Shown: positions 1 through 9,635 of the stretch, piece after piece
Layout: each line of letters starts with the position of its first letter
How positions within the stretch are numbered: the stretch's first letter is position 1
IMG/VR virus record: IMGVR_UViG_3300025621_000021
Span: 1 to 39,474 of that record
Source of the DNA: a virus
Lineage: Duplodnaviria > Caudoviricetes
Direction: 5' to 3' (one strand)
DNA: 39,474 nucleotides
The notes under the pieces: generated by a model
What the model was told of the DNA's origin: nothing
Seen by the model: the letters and a program-made list of their open reading frames with translations, nothing else
Database searches by the model: none
Made by a program: the position numbers and the translations under genes

Positions 1-1
1 C

Positions 2-1321
2 TGCATTGTTAAGGTCAACAACCACGTCTCCTGGACGTAAAGCTGCCGCAATTGATCCTTCACAGCCATCATAACCACTAGTTGCAGGAGGAAGAGAATA
101 AAGACCTGTGCATCCAAGAGCTCCTTTTGGAAAGCGTCCGTCAATAGCAACACCGTCTTGTCCGCCTGCGAGAGCAATTACTGCATTTCCTCCGATTAAG
201 TTGTTTATTTGGCCATTGGTGACCGCAATAAGAGTAACAAGAGCACTGGCTGCAGCGTCCAACGCAATCAAGTCCCTAAGGTCGGACCATTCTGGATTGT
301 TATCAGCGGCATCATAATTAATATTGATAGCACTTCCAACAACTGCTGTTATTGCAAGAACCGTTCCGACACCGGCATCAGTAAAATTAAGCGTTATAGC
401 GTTTCCGGCGACACCAGCTTGACTTGCGACAACGGTATCGCCAAGCCCTACAATTGCTCGAGCTTGATTTCCTGCTGTTGTTCCTCCTTGATTCCAGGCA
501 GAACTAACATAACTTCCATCACGCATATCGACTGCAGGAACATCGTTTCCAGTTTCTCCAAAATCACTCTTGATGTTCATTCCTTCGACGGTAACGCTTG
601 CAGTAGGAATAGCTCCCACAGAAATATCAACGCTGTAATCAGTAATATAACCATTTCCAAGCGAGATAACTGTTTTCTCTTCTTCTCTTCCTGCATTGTG
701 GATATTTGTATCGCCATTAACTGCATCGCGAGCTTCTGGGACGGTCAATATAAAGAAGTTGTTTCCTGCTTGATAAAGTTCAGGAGATAAAGCTCCACTC
801 AATGCATTAGTAACACCATCGGTTACGAACTCAAGCATTCTTTCATTGTATCCGTCTAAAAGATAATAGCTAAAATCCAAGTTAACAGTTGGAGATTCTA
901 CGACAATGCTGTCAAGCCTAGACATGTGTCCAAACTGATTAACGTCTTGTCTTGTTACGGTGAAACCATAATTTGCACTCTGAATACGATTTAATTGCTT
1001 AATGATCGTACCATGGTACTTAGGGGCCCCAGCTTGTCCATCATTCCATGCGGGCCAAGCATCTCCTTCTTGCCATCCAACTAAATTTTGAGCATTATTT
1101 TTAGCCGGTGAAGCTTCTGTTCCGCCGTGAACCTGCTGAGAATCAACAGCTGGAGTAAAAAGCCCAAAAGGTCCTGGACCAACGTTAGCTGCTAAATTAG
1201 CGTAATTAGCTGGATTAGCTGCGTCTGCAATTGCGGCTCCAGTAAAGTGTGCTCCAGTAGAATCTGGGCTTATAAATAACGCTTCTGATTGGTAGATTAC
1301 TCTGTTTCTATGTACTGTCAT
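2..1321 (-). CDS. Putative major tail (tube) protein, 3' end truncated by window edge
   Basis: Not in the ORF track; own translation from ATG 1321 is open to position 2 (MTVHRNRVIYQSEALFISPDSTG...QLNRIQSANYGFTVTRQDVNQFGHMSRLDSIVVESPTVNLDFSYY...GNGYITDYSVDISVGAIPTASVTVEG); beta-rich, follows neck genes; AGGAG upstream. Confidence 0.7.
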   Translation of the reverse strand, partial: MTVHRNRVIYQSEALFISPDSTGAHFTGAAIADAANPANYANLAANVGPGPFGLFTPAVDSQQVHGGTEASPAKNNAQNLVGWQEGDAWPAWNDGQAGAPKYHGTIIKQLNRIQSANYGFTVTRQDVNQFGHMSRLDSIVVESPTVNLDFSYYLLDGYNERMLEFVTDGVTNALSGALSPELYQAGNNFFILTVPEARDAVNGDTNIHNAGREEEKTVISLGNGYITDYSVDISVGAIPTASVTVEGMNIKSDFGETGNDVPAVDMRDGSYVSSAWNQGGTTAGNQARAIVGLGDTVVASQAGVAGNAITLNFTDAGVGTVLAITAVVGSAININYDAADNNPEWSDLRDLIALDAAASALVTLIAVTNGQINNLIGGNAVIALAGGQDGVAIDGRFPKGALGCTGLYSLPPATSGYDGCEGSIAAALRPGDVVVDLNNA

Positions 1322-1398
1322 TTTTTAATTTCTCCTATTTTGTTTTGAAAAAGTTGTTATCTTTTATTACATCCCTTATTTGCTATTGGGAAATTTTT

Positions 1399-2313
1399 TT
1401 ATTTAGCTCTCGGGAATCTTGCTTGATTAATTTCAAAATCAACGAAACCGAGATACAAATCTGGGTTTGTCGTCTTGGACAATCTATCACTAATTTTAGA
1501 CGCTCTTGCGTCGTCGATAAACATTATTGGTCCATAATGATGGCAATTTCTTACTGTTTCAGTATAGCTAAAATGGCCCGTCTTAAGATCTCCATATTCG
1601 TCAAGTGGATAATTATCGTAACCCACATTCACTACTCCCCTATTGAAAGCGTCCGCACACAAAGACATTGCCCCATCAAGCTGATAAAGATTCTCTGCGA
1701 AAAATATTACCCTATAATACAAATGAGTTAAATCCTCTCCTCCGAATGCGAATGGAGTATTTTGAGTTCTTTCCATCGACACAAATGCAGCTGGAGCTAC
1801 TTGTTGATAAGGTATAAGTCCCGTGCCCTGACCCAAGTCGGGAGTGGTTCTACTATTTACATTATACTTGTTCTGTATAACTAAATTTTCTTCTGTATCA
1901 TCGGCTAGATATATATTTATATCTTTAACTGAAAAGTCGCCACTAATTTTCAAGTCTGCATAATTTGTTGGAAAAAATATTCCATCAAAAAGAACCCTTC
2001 CATTTTCGAAATCTAAAGATAATCCGCTTTGTCCTCTTTCACAAAAATTATACACCCCATCGCCTGTATCCACGTAAACTCCACTTGGTATTACTGCTCC
2101 AGCTATATCGCTGTCGTAAACCCACTGCTTGTATTCACTATTGTACGACACTAATCCGTTTACTGGATCATCAGGATACATTGGCAATCTTTCGTCGGGC
2201 ATATAATAAAGCTCGCCCTGCTTGTTCGAGTACGCCTCTCCGCAGTGAACAAGATAATGATCAAGCCATAAAGCAAAGCTGCTCGTTGCGTCGTGCTGAA
2301 ATTGCGGCTTCAT
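1399..2313 (-). CDS. Virion structural protein, probable tail completion/terminator
   Basis: 304 aa ORF between neck genes and tail tube; function from synteny only. Confidence 0.5.
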   Translation of the reverse strand: MKPQFQHDATSSFALWLDHYLVHCGEAYSNKQGELYYMPDERLPMYPDDPVNGLVSYNSEYKQWVYDSDIAGAVIPSGVYVDTGDGVYNFCERGQSGLSLDFENGRVLFDGIFFPTNYADLKISGDFSVKDINIYLADDTEENLVIQNKYNVNSRTTPDLGQGTGLIPYQQVAPAAFVSMERTQNTPFAFGGEDLTHLYYRVIFFAENLYQLDGAMSLCADAFNRGVVNVGYDNYPLDEYGDLKTGHFSYTETVRNCHHYGPIMFIDDARASKISDRLSKTTNPDLYLGFVDFEINQARFPRAK

Positions 2314-2957
2314 AATCCTCTTCCTACTGAAATGTCTTTATCTATTTTCTCAAATATCTTTGCCCATTTGTTTAAAAACGCAGATACATACGGAGTGTTG
2401 CTAAATTTACCCGTTCTTATTTTATTATTTGCTTGAACCCCTCGCCCAGATCTACTATTCTTGCTGCTTGTATTTAAATACATTCCCAGTCCAGACATTC
2501 CTTTTTCTATTCTTTCTGCCCAGCTTATTCCGCTGGCCCAAGGCAAAGGGGTGACCGCAAATATATCCCGGCTACTTGGTATTTCTATTATCAATTTTGC
2601 TGTTCCATTTTTATTAAATCTAGTGACCCTATAATTGGTTTGAGATAAAAGCTCAAGAATTGGAGTTATCGGACTATCTCCTTGATTAAAACCTATAAAC
2701 GTAAAAAGATTACCGTAGCCCCCTAGTGTGCCGCTTATATTGCTTGATGTTGATCCGGCTAATATCTCCTTGGTTACCGGTAATCTTAAAAAGTTTGCCA
2801 TCATTTCCTTCTTTAGTTTTTCTATTTTCTTGTAAACTAATTCTCCGTTTTTTAATTTTAAATTGTTTAATATAGCTTTTTGTGAATTTTTTGAAGATAA
2901 AGATCTTTTTATTTCTTTATCAAAAGCTGCACTATCAACTGAGAATCTTACGGGCAT
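2310..2957 (-). CDS. Probable neck/tail-completion protein
   Basis: 215 aa basic ORF overlapping both neighbours; position after head-closure gene. Confidence 0.45.
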   Translation of the reverse strand: MPVRFSVDSAAFDKEIKRSLSSKNSQKAILNNLKLKNGELVYKKIEKLKKEMMANFLRLPVTKEILAGSTSSNISGTLGGYGNLFTFIGFNQGDSPITPILELLSQTNYRVTRFNKNGTAKLIIEIPSSRDIFAVTPLPWASGISWAERIEKGMSGLGMYLNTSSKNSRSGRGVQANNKIRTGKFSNTPYVSAFLNKWAKIFEKIDKDISVGRGL

Positions 2958-3406
2958 TAATCTGTTGGTCTTAAATAATAAGTAAAGAATTTAGGGCGGA
3001 ATAGTCCGTGCTTCCTGACATCTGTAACTTTAAACATCAAGCGGCCATCTATTTCTACGCGCTTTGCATCTTTAAAATACTCGTACCCTTCTGAGTCAAG
3101 CTTTATTCTAACCTCTCCAATGTCGTGGCTTACTTTTATTGTGCTGTTTACTTCTGAATCAAAGTTTACTTCTGTTTGTTTGTCTGAGTATAGTATTCTA
3201 GCCTTAAGGGCGCTAAACTGACTTTTTCTTATTGTCTGACTAACTCCCCTGACGTTGTTGTATAGATAATTAAAGTTCGGATCAGTACTTACTATAACCT
3301 TCTGGGATTCTTTATAAGCAAATATACTGCGTGCAAATGTATCGTGCATGTCTTGCATTACTGATTCGTATTCTGCCTTTTGGGCCGCTGTTAAAAAACT
3401 CGCCAT
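2957..3406 (-). CDS. Probable head-closure (stopper) protein
   Basis: 149 aa, beta-rich C-terminus RVEIDGRLMFKVTDVRKHGLFRPKFFTYYLR typical of stopper proteins; GTGTA motif 9 nt upstream. Confidence 0.5.
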   Translation of the reverse strand: MASFLTAAQKAEYESVMQDMHDTFARSIFAYKESQKVIVSTDPNFNYLYNNVRGVSQTIRKSQFSALKARILYSDKQTEVNFDSEVNSTIKVSHDIGEVRIKLDSEGYEYFKDAKRVEIDGRLMFKVTDVRKHGLFRPKFFTYYLRPTD

Positions 3407-3481
3407 AAAGTATTATACACTTTCTTTGAAAAAAATACTCTCGCATTTTATAATAAGATACAACGAGCAAACACAAACTAC

Positions 3482-3766
3482 ATGAACCCAGACGAATCAA
3501 TACATTCATTCTACAGTAAAAACACAAAGATACTTTTTAAATCTTTCTTGATTATGATTGAAGATCTAAATAACGATCATCTTCGCAACTTCGAGAAACT
3601 TCGTAATTCTGTCCCCAAAGAATATCAACCGTTAATCGACCAAGCAGACTACTTCGATCAAACAAAACTACAATACCTAAGAAAGAAAATACTAGACCTA
3701 GGTAATGAAAGTATAAGAACTACTGAAAATTCATTAGAAAATTTTACTATAAGTTTTAAATTCTAA
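3482..3766 (+). CDS. Hypothetical phage protein
   Basis: 94 aa ORF, first of plus-strand cluster. Confidence 0.6.
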   Translation: MNPDESIHSFYSKNTKILFKSFLIMIEDLNNDHLRNFEKLRNSVPKEYQPLIDQADYFDQTKLQYLRKKILDLGNESIRTTENSLENFTISFKF

Positions 3767-3804
3767 ACATATAATACATTAAGCAATAAAACAATATTAA
3801 TAAT

Positions 3805-4569
3805 ATGAGCAAAAAAACAATCTACAAGTTTACTGTCAATAAAGAAGAAGAAGTTGAGGAACAAGAAGTTTCTGAAGTTGAAAACAAAGAAACTAAGGAA
3901 AAAGAAAAAGTTACGAAAACTAAAACTGTAAAAAAACCAGTTCAGTACACTATCAGAATTGCCTCCCCCTCGCGTAGGCAAGTGGAAGATGCAGACATGG
4001 AGTTCAGTATCGAAATGAGCAAATGCATCAAAAAAGGAATTCTGACAAAAGCGATGCTCGCAAAAAAATACAGCGACAGCGGGGGGCTACTTTCAGAAGA
4101 AGACTCTACAGAGCTGATGCGCCTTTATAGAGAGCTCACTGAAACTCAAAGCGATCTTGGCCGCTCAATTAACAAGAAAAACAAAAACGACAAAGAAACC
4201 AAAAAAGAAGAAGAACTGACCGAATCTTTTGCGGCGATCAGAAAGCGTATTGTTGATCTTGAAACAAGCTACCAAAATGTATTTAATCATACGGCCGATA
4301 CTAAAGCCCAAAATAAAACCATATTATGGTACATGCTCAATCTTTCTTATGTTACCGGTCCGGACGAAAAAGAAACTCCTTTATTTGCCGGACAAAGCGT
4401 GGAAGAAAAAGAAGAGTCTTACTATCAGCTTGACGAAAATGAAGACGAAGTTTTTGACCTGGCTCGTGAAAAATTGATGACCTTTATTAGTTTTTGGTAC
4501 TTTAGCCAAAACGCATCCGAGGAAGATTTCTCCAATCTCGAAAAAGATATCGATTCTGGCGAACTCTAA
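3805..4569 (+). CDS. Hypothetical acidic/coiled-coil protein, possible tail assembly chaperone
   Basis: 254 aa ORF; chaperone role is inference from composition and location. Confidence 0.55.
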   Translation: MSKKTIYKFTVNKEEEVEEQEVSEVENKETKEKEKVTKTKTVKKPVQYTIRIASPSRRQVEDADMEFSIEMSKCIKKGILTKAMLAKKYSDSGGLLSEEDSTELMRLYRELTETQSDLGRSINKKNKNDKETKKEEELTESFAAIRKRIVDLETSYQNVFNHTADTKAQNKTILWYMLNLSYVTGPDEKETPLFAGQSVEEKEESYYQLDENEDEVFDLAREKLMTFISFWYFSQNASEEDFSNLEKDIDSGEL

Positions 4570-4572
4570 TGG

Positions 4573-5553
4573 GTGGACCCAAAAGAGTATAGAGGACTAT
4601 TCAAAGAAATAGTCGATGGGTTCTCAGCCTACTATGTGGGTGAAAAAAAAAGGTTCATAAAACACCAATCCACCTCAGATCTTGTTGACTTTGATCAAGT
4701 GTACCAAATGCACTTTGACCGAGCGATAGCCAGAGGTTTACCCACTGAAGAAGAAATATTTTCTGATCTAGAAAAAGAAGGGGTCTGGTCAAAATCTGAT
4801 GACGCCGAAATAGAAACTCAAAAATTCTATCTACAAAGTTTAGTAAAAAACAAAAAGAACATTTACTTAAAGAGCGCACTGCAAAGAGTAAACGAACAGA
4901 TAAAAGAAGCTGAGAAAAAACTAAACGAATTAACCTCTCAAAAGGAAAACCTTATATCGAACTCGTCGGAAAGATACGCTACCAATAGAGCTAATGACTT
5001 TTATATGTTTAATAGTTTCTATAAAACTCAAGATCTAGACGAGCCCCTGTATACCCAAGAAGAATTCGAAAACATAAGCACAAAAGAAGTTACCAACCTA
5101 GTAAGAATATACAATAGCTTTCATACAAAATTTTCAGAAAAAAAAATACAACACCTAGCTATACAAGATTTTTATAAAATATATTACTCGTTCTCGGAAA
5201 GCACTATGGACTTCTTTGGTATACCAGTAGTCAAGTTAAATAACTTCCAACTCAATCTTCTAATATATACTAGAATATTTAAAAATATATTTGAAATGAA
5301 TGATGATATTCCAGATAAAATAAAAAAAGATCCAGAAGCCTTACTGGATTATGCAAATTCTTCAGAGGCTAGGGAAGAGGTTAAGGGGAAAATGAACGAC
5401 TCTTCATCAGCTTCCACAATTGTAGGAGCCACAAAAGAAGACCTAGAAGAATTAGGAATGAATACTTCAAGCGGCACAAGCCTACATGAAGCCGCCAAGA
5501 AAAAAGGTGGATCTCTCTCAATGAAAGATTTGATGGATATAGGCGGAGTTTAG
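4573..5553 (+). CDS. Hypothetical coiled-coil protein, possible tail assembly chaperone partner
   Basis: 326 aa ORF with GTG start, same frame as upstream gene. Confidence 0.55.
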   Translation: MDPKEYRGLFKEIVDGFSAYYVGEKKRFIKHQSTSDLVDFDQVYQMHFDRAIARGLPTEEEIFSDLEKEGVWSKSDDAEIETQKFYLQSLVKNKKNIYLKSALQRVNEQIKEAEKKLNELTSQKENLISNSSERYATNRANDFYMFNSFYKTQDLDEPLYTQEEFENISTKEVTNLVRIYNSFHTKFSEKKIQHLAIQDFYKIYYSFSESTMDFFGIPVVKLNNFQLNLLIYTRIFKNIFEMNDDIPDKIKKDPEALLDYANSSEAREEVKGKMNDSSSASTIVGATKEDLEELGMNTSSGTSLHEAAKKKGGSLSMKDLMDIGGV

Positions 5554-5566
5554 TGTATACATATAC

Positions 5567-6319
5567 ATGCCTAGTATTAAAATTCGAAACTTAACCAGTG
5601 CTACCGAACCAGAGGTGGTTAGTGGTAATTTTATAGCTGCAGCCTTAGATGAAAATGCAGGACTAACAAAATCTACTCGTAAAGTTACTTTCGCTCAAGT
5701 AGTAGCAGGAGGCCTAAAAGACGGAGTCGTACCTATTCCTATTGAGTCCTTGCCTGTGGCAACAAATAACTCTCTCGGAGTAGTACAGATTGGAGGTAAT
5801 TTATCTATAACCCCACAGGGAGTTTTGAGTGCCAATTCATATTCGTTACCGATAGCAAGCGGAACGGTTCTTGGAGGTATAAAAGTTGGAAGCAATTTAT
5901 CTATAACCCCAGAGGGGGTTTTGAGCGCCAATTCATATTCGCTACCGATAGCGACCAAGCAAGCAGTCGGAGGCGTACAAGTCGGAAGCAATTTATCTAT
6001 AACGCCGCAGGGCCTTTTGAGTGTCGATCTCGCCACCCTACTACCTTCTCTGCCTATAGCTACAACAAACTCTCTCGGAATGGTTCAGGTTGGGGCAAAT
6101 TTATCTATAACACCGGGCGGGGTTTTGAGTGCACCTACTCCCGCTGCTGCTTATCAATTACCAATAGCAAGCGCAACAATTCTTGGAGGTGTAAAGGTCG
6201 GAGATAATTTATCTATAACCCCAGAGGGGGTTTTGAGCGCTCCTCCTCCAGTTGCGGCGCCCACACCTACTTTTTCCTACGATCCCGCAACGGAAACCCT
6301 AAACATAACAAACGTTTAA
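5567..6319 (+). CDS. Head/tail fibre protein with five LPIAT..LGGVKVGxNLSITPxGVLSA repeats
   Basis: Repeat unit resembles phage head-fibre repeats; GTGTA motif 9 nt upstream. Confidence 0.7.
   Translation: MPSIKIRNLTSATEPEVVSGNFIAAALDENAGLTKSTRKVTFAQVVAGGLKDGVVPIPIESLPVATNNSLGVVQIGGNLSITPQGVLSANSYSLPIASGTVLGGIKVGSNLSITPEGVLSANSYSLPIATKQAVGGVQVGSNLSITPQGLLSVDLATLLPSLPIATTNSLGMVQVGANLSITPGGVLSAPTPAAAYQLPIASATILGGVKVGDNLSITPEGVLSAPPPVAAPTPTFSYDPATETLNITNV
5750..6241 (+). repeat. Five intragenic tandem repeats of about 96-110 bp (32-37 aa)
   Basis: AATTTATCTATAAC and TTTTGAG recur five times, translating to NLSITPxGxLS. Confidence 0.9.
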
Positions 6320-6323
6320 TTAT

Positions 6324-6830
6324 ATGCCGAATCAATCGTTCGACATGTCTGCCGTTAAAGAAGTTAAATGGCATGATAAAGATCTAACATTTAATGTTTG
6401 CGACCTTCAAATTGATGGGGTATCTATATGGAAATGCAATACCGGAGCAGGCTACTACCTAAAAAACGGAGATGCGGGTGGACCTATAGTTAGCGCGAAA
6501 ACTGGGGTAGAAAAAAGCGTAGCCCAAGTTATGGAGGAAAGAAATTACGGCTTGCGAGTCGCCGGCTCACTTTGGTTTTATGTTCTCGAGGTGCCGGGAA
6601 ACCCATACTATGTATACCCACAACTTTTATCCTGGCAACTAGGCAGATCCGAAACACAATCGAACATACAATCAAGCTCAAAATACATTGCGCTCAGAAA
6701 TAGATTGGTCTCAGAACTCAATAGAGAAATTTTAAGCACTCGACTTCCTGTAAATCCATACCCTTACGCCAATCCACTGTCTCCGTATTACCCAAATGAC
6801 CCCGATCAAGATCCTTGGCTTAATTGGTAA
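6324..6830 (+). CDS. Hypothetical protein, fibre-associated
   Basis: 168 aa ORF 4 nt after the fibre gene. Confidence 0.6.
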   Translation: MPNQSFDMSAVKEVKWHDKDLTFNVCDLQIDGVSIWKCNTGAGYYLKNGDAGGPIVSAKTGVEKSVAQVMEERNYGLRVAGSLWFYVLEVPGNPYYVYPQLLSWQLGRSETQSNIQSSSKYIALRNRLVSELNREILSTRLPVNPYPYANPLSPYYPNDPDQDPWLNW

Positions 6831-6839
6831 TTAAACGAA

Positions 6840-7373
6840 TCAATAACACCCCGAACCAGTAACAGTCCATCCATCATTTCCAGCAACCTGTCTGGGTTGA
6901 GCGCCATACATATTATACGCACCCACAAGCTCTGTAATTTTCTTGTCTGCTTCTTCTGCTAATTCTTTATAATTTCTTGACGCACTGACTCTATCCTTGG
7001 CTGAAAAGACTCCTCTTTTTATTGTGGTATCTCCTTCGCGTAGTTCAGTCCATTCGCTTTCATTAAAGGCTGAGGCCGAACTTGCGTCGTAAAGGCTTCT
7101 AAGCACCCTTCTTGCCTCTTTAAAGTAATAGTCCTTGATATAAAGCTGAACGAGTATTTCTTTTTCTTCTTCTTGAAGTGGCGGGTTTACATCTCCTCCT
7201 GAGCCAGTGTATCCAAATGATTGGTTGATTAAAACATTTAATTGTCCTACATGCCCGCTTAAGCTACCAGATATGGTCAACAGTTCAGCAGCTTTCTCTG
7301 TAGTGCCGGTAATGAAATCAAAATCGTACAGAAGTACGCCGCTAGCTATTTGACCTATCTGATTAAGGGACAT
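6840..7373 (-). CDS. Probable head-tail adaptor
   Basis: 177 aa helical ORF downstream of capsid, with WTELREGDTTIKR hairpin followed by a helix. Confidence 0.5.
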   Translation of the reverse strand: MSLNQIGQIASGVLLYDFDFITGTTEKAAELLTISGSLSGHVGQLNVLINQSFGYTGSGGDVNPPLQEEEKEILVQLYIKDYYFKEARRVLRSLYDASSASAFNESEWTELREGDTTIKRGVFSAKDRVSASRNYKELAEEADKKITELVGAYNMYGAQPRQVAGNDGWTVTGSGCY

Positions 7374-7765
7374 TAGAATTGCTCTCCAAGTATCTTGAGT
7401 AATTTCTTACCTTGCTCTGATTCTGGATCAACGATTGGTTTAGTGACTTGAACCACTTTGTTCGCGCCGCCAGTAGTATACTGGGAGTACGCCTTTTTGA
7501 GTTTTGTTTTCAACATTGCTTTTGTTCCCGATGGAAACACCCCAGATTTAACTGCTAGTTCTTGCAAGCTGGTAATCGGCATGGTTTCTATTGCTGAGTC
7601 AAACGCTTCTGACGTATCGTATCCAAACGGATTCTTTTCTTTGAAACCCATTAATTGCTCGAGGTCTCTTGCTTCTTTTGATTCCTCTTTTAAATGATCA
7701 ACTCCGTCACTGAATTCCATCGGTGCTTTTGTTGCCTTTTTTCTTGTGTTTGTTTTTTTAGCCAT
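7373..7765 (-). CDS. Hypothetical capsid-adjacent protein
   Basis: 130 aa; LQELAVKSGVFPSGTKAMLKTKL resembles a helix-extension-helix (SAP/Rho-N-like) motif often found after capsid genes. Confidence 0.5.
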   Translation of the reverse strand: MAKKTNTRKKATKAPMEFSDGVDHLKEESKEARDLEQLMGFKEKNPFGYDTSEAFDSAIETMPITSLQELAVKSGVFPSGTKAMLKTKLKKAYSQYTTGGANKVVQVTKPIVDPESEQGKKLLKILGEQF

Positions 7766-7815
7766 GATTTTTCCTTTTTCCTTTATTTATTATATAAATA
7801 TATGTTAATATCCAC

Positions 7816-7848
7816 AAACAAAAAATCCACCATAAAGGTGGACTTTTT
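7816..7848 (-). terminator. Rho-independent terminator after major capsid gene
   Basis: Minus strand TCCACC-tttat-GGTGGA followed by TTTTTT. Confidence 0.75.
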
Positions 7849-7870
7849 GAAAGTTTCCTTTGAGACTCTA

Positions 7871-8944
7871 TTATAGAGTGATTCCAGTAAGAACTCTGTC
7901 ATCAAGGATCATACGACCTTCTTCAAGAGAACCGTAGTATCCAATTTTTTGCTGACGAATACTATACTGATCATCTGCCAAGAGAGTAAACTCGGATCCT
8001 GTTTCAGAATCAAGAGCAACTGCGCGGAATAAAGATTCACGCGTACGGTCAAGACCGATAACTAAATCTGTTCCAGCTCCGCCAAGACCAGTCCATACAT
8101 TTGTGAACTTTTGACCTGCGCCAAGCTCATTGATTTCCATGATGGAAATACCGTAGAACTCAGGAATACCAGCGTTTTGATAAATTGCGTTGCGCATTTC
8201 ATCGGTAGCTGCAATGCCGTCAGCTCCAGTACCAGCAACTGGGCCAGTGTTAGTATTAACAGGATTGTAAGCCATCGCACGAAGACCTTGAACAGCCTCA
8301 GGACTCATGATCATATCAGTGATTCCTTTGATTCGGCCTTCTGGAGTTCCACCTGTCCATGCAGTGTTGATTCGTTTTGCTTTAGTTAAAAGCTTATTGA
8401 AATCATCAAGGATCAATGTGGTTCCATTAGCTGCGTTAGTGTGAGCTACACCGTTTGTGCTAGCAGCAAATAATGCTCCTAGGATCAAGTTTGCAGAAGT
8501 AGATTCTTGACGAAGAAGAATTTCTTGAGCAATACGAGTAAATGATTTACCAACAACGTCTAAACGAGACTTAGCGGCGTAGCGTTTGTCGAAATCAACA
8601 GCGCTATCAAGACGATAAGTCGTGAACTTCATTTCTGAAGCAGTTGGTGTTACAGTATTGGTTGGAAGACCACCAGGAACTGATGTGCTGTAAACCTTTA
8701 CGTAATCTGGAGCAGTAACATCATAGTAAAGATCCAAAGGAATACTAGGACTGTCCATATCGTTAAACTGGAAGTTTGTGAATAAGTTACTAAGCGTAGG
8801 AGCTTGGTTTACAACCTCGGCTAAAACTGGTCCGATGAATTCTGCCAATGCCATTTGTGCTTCGTAAGCAACTTCGCGATTTCGTGAGGCCATAGCCTTT
8901 ACGAGCTCGACTTGTTCTTCTGTTCTCTTAAGTGTAATTTTCAT
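7871..8944 (-). CDS. Major capsid protein (HK97 fold)
   Basis: 357 aa; order portal-protease-decoration-MCP-terminator; TDMIMSPE, IPEFYGISIME and QQKIGYYGSLEEG segments typical of HK97-fold MCPs. Confidence 0.85.
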   Translation of the reverse strand: MKITLKRTEEQVELVKAMASRNREVAYEAQMALAEFIGPVLAEVVNQAPTLSNLFTNFQFNDMDSPSIPLDLYYDVTAPDYVKVYSTSVPGGLPTNTVTPTASEMKFTTYRLDSAVDFDKRYAAKSRLDVVGKSFTRIAQEILLRQESTSANLILGALFAASTNGVAHTNAANGTTLILDDFNKLLTKAKRINTAWTGGTPEGRIKGITDMIMSPEAVQGLRAMAYNPVNTNTGPVAGTGADGIAATDEMRNAIYQNAGIPEFYGISIMEINELGAGQKFTNVWTGLGGAGTDLVIGLDRTRESLFRAVALDSETGSEFTLLADDQYSIRQQKIGYYGSLEEGRMILDDRVLTGITL

Positions 8945-8970
8945 TTTTTTTGATACTCTCTAGTTAAATA

Positions 8971-9618
8971 TTAAAGGTCAAGTTTGATTACGTAGTAAGC
9001 GCCAGTTGATCCGTCTCCTGCAAAATAGTCAGGATTTGTTCCAACATCGTCGCGATCTCCAACTGCAAGACAAGTTCCAACAATTGTGTTCGTTGCGTTG
9101 TCGGCTCTGAATTTTCCTCCAGCTCCAAGTGCAACTTTAGCTCCAACTGTAGGCTCTGCTCCAGCGATAACGCTTGCTGCGCTAACAGTAACAATACCCT
9201 TTGTTAAAACAGGAACTGCTTCGCCAGGAAGAACTCCGTAAAGCTCAAGAAGTTTTTGCTTGTAGTAAAGGAACTTCTCGCCATTTTCATCAAAAGCGAT
9301 GGTCTGACGAAGAGTAACACCTAATGGGATATCCGTACCGGCAGCAACGCTAACTTTTAAGGGCACTTCAGGGTAATAATTTCCACCCACGTGAGGGTAG
9401 TCAGTTTTACCTAAGTAAGATTGTAATTGAGCTGTACCGTTTGCGATGGGCTCTTGAGTCATGTCGCCGTTGGTTACTTTTACGATAACGCCTGCGTCCC
9501 AAGCACCATTAGATGCGTGAGTCATGTCTGCCAAAGTTAACGCTGATGTATCAAGCGAAAACAAGTTGACAACGTCGTGTTCGTTGTATTGTCTGAATGG
9601 AAGTAGTCTATTAGCCAT
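8971..9618 (-). CDS. Capsid decoration/cement protein
   Basis: 215 aa Gly/Ala-rich (VPVLTKGIVTV..VGAKVALGAGGKF..IVGTCL), between scaffold and MCP. Confidence 0.65.
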   Translation of the reverse strand: MANRLLPFRQYNEHDVVNLFSLDTSALTLADMTHASNGAWDAGVIVKVTNGDMTQEPIANGTAQLQSYLGKTDYPHVGGNYYPEVPLKVSVAAGTDIPLGVTLRQTIAFDENGEKFLYYKQKLLELYGVLPGEAVPVLTKGIVTVSAASVIAGAEPTVGAKVALGAGGKFRADNATNTIVGTCLAVGDRDDVGTNPDYFAGDGSTGAYYVIKLDL

Positions 9619-9635
9619 TTTATTTTTCCTCTATT

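Noticed and set aside
108-790. Plus-strand ORFs 108-317 and 209-790
   Set aside because: Antisense shadows of the tail protein gene on the minus strand
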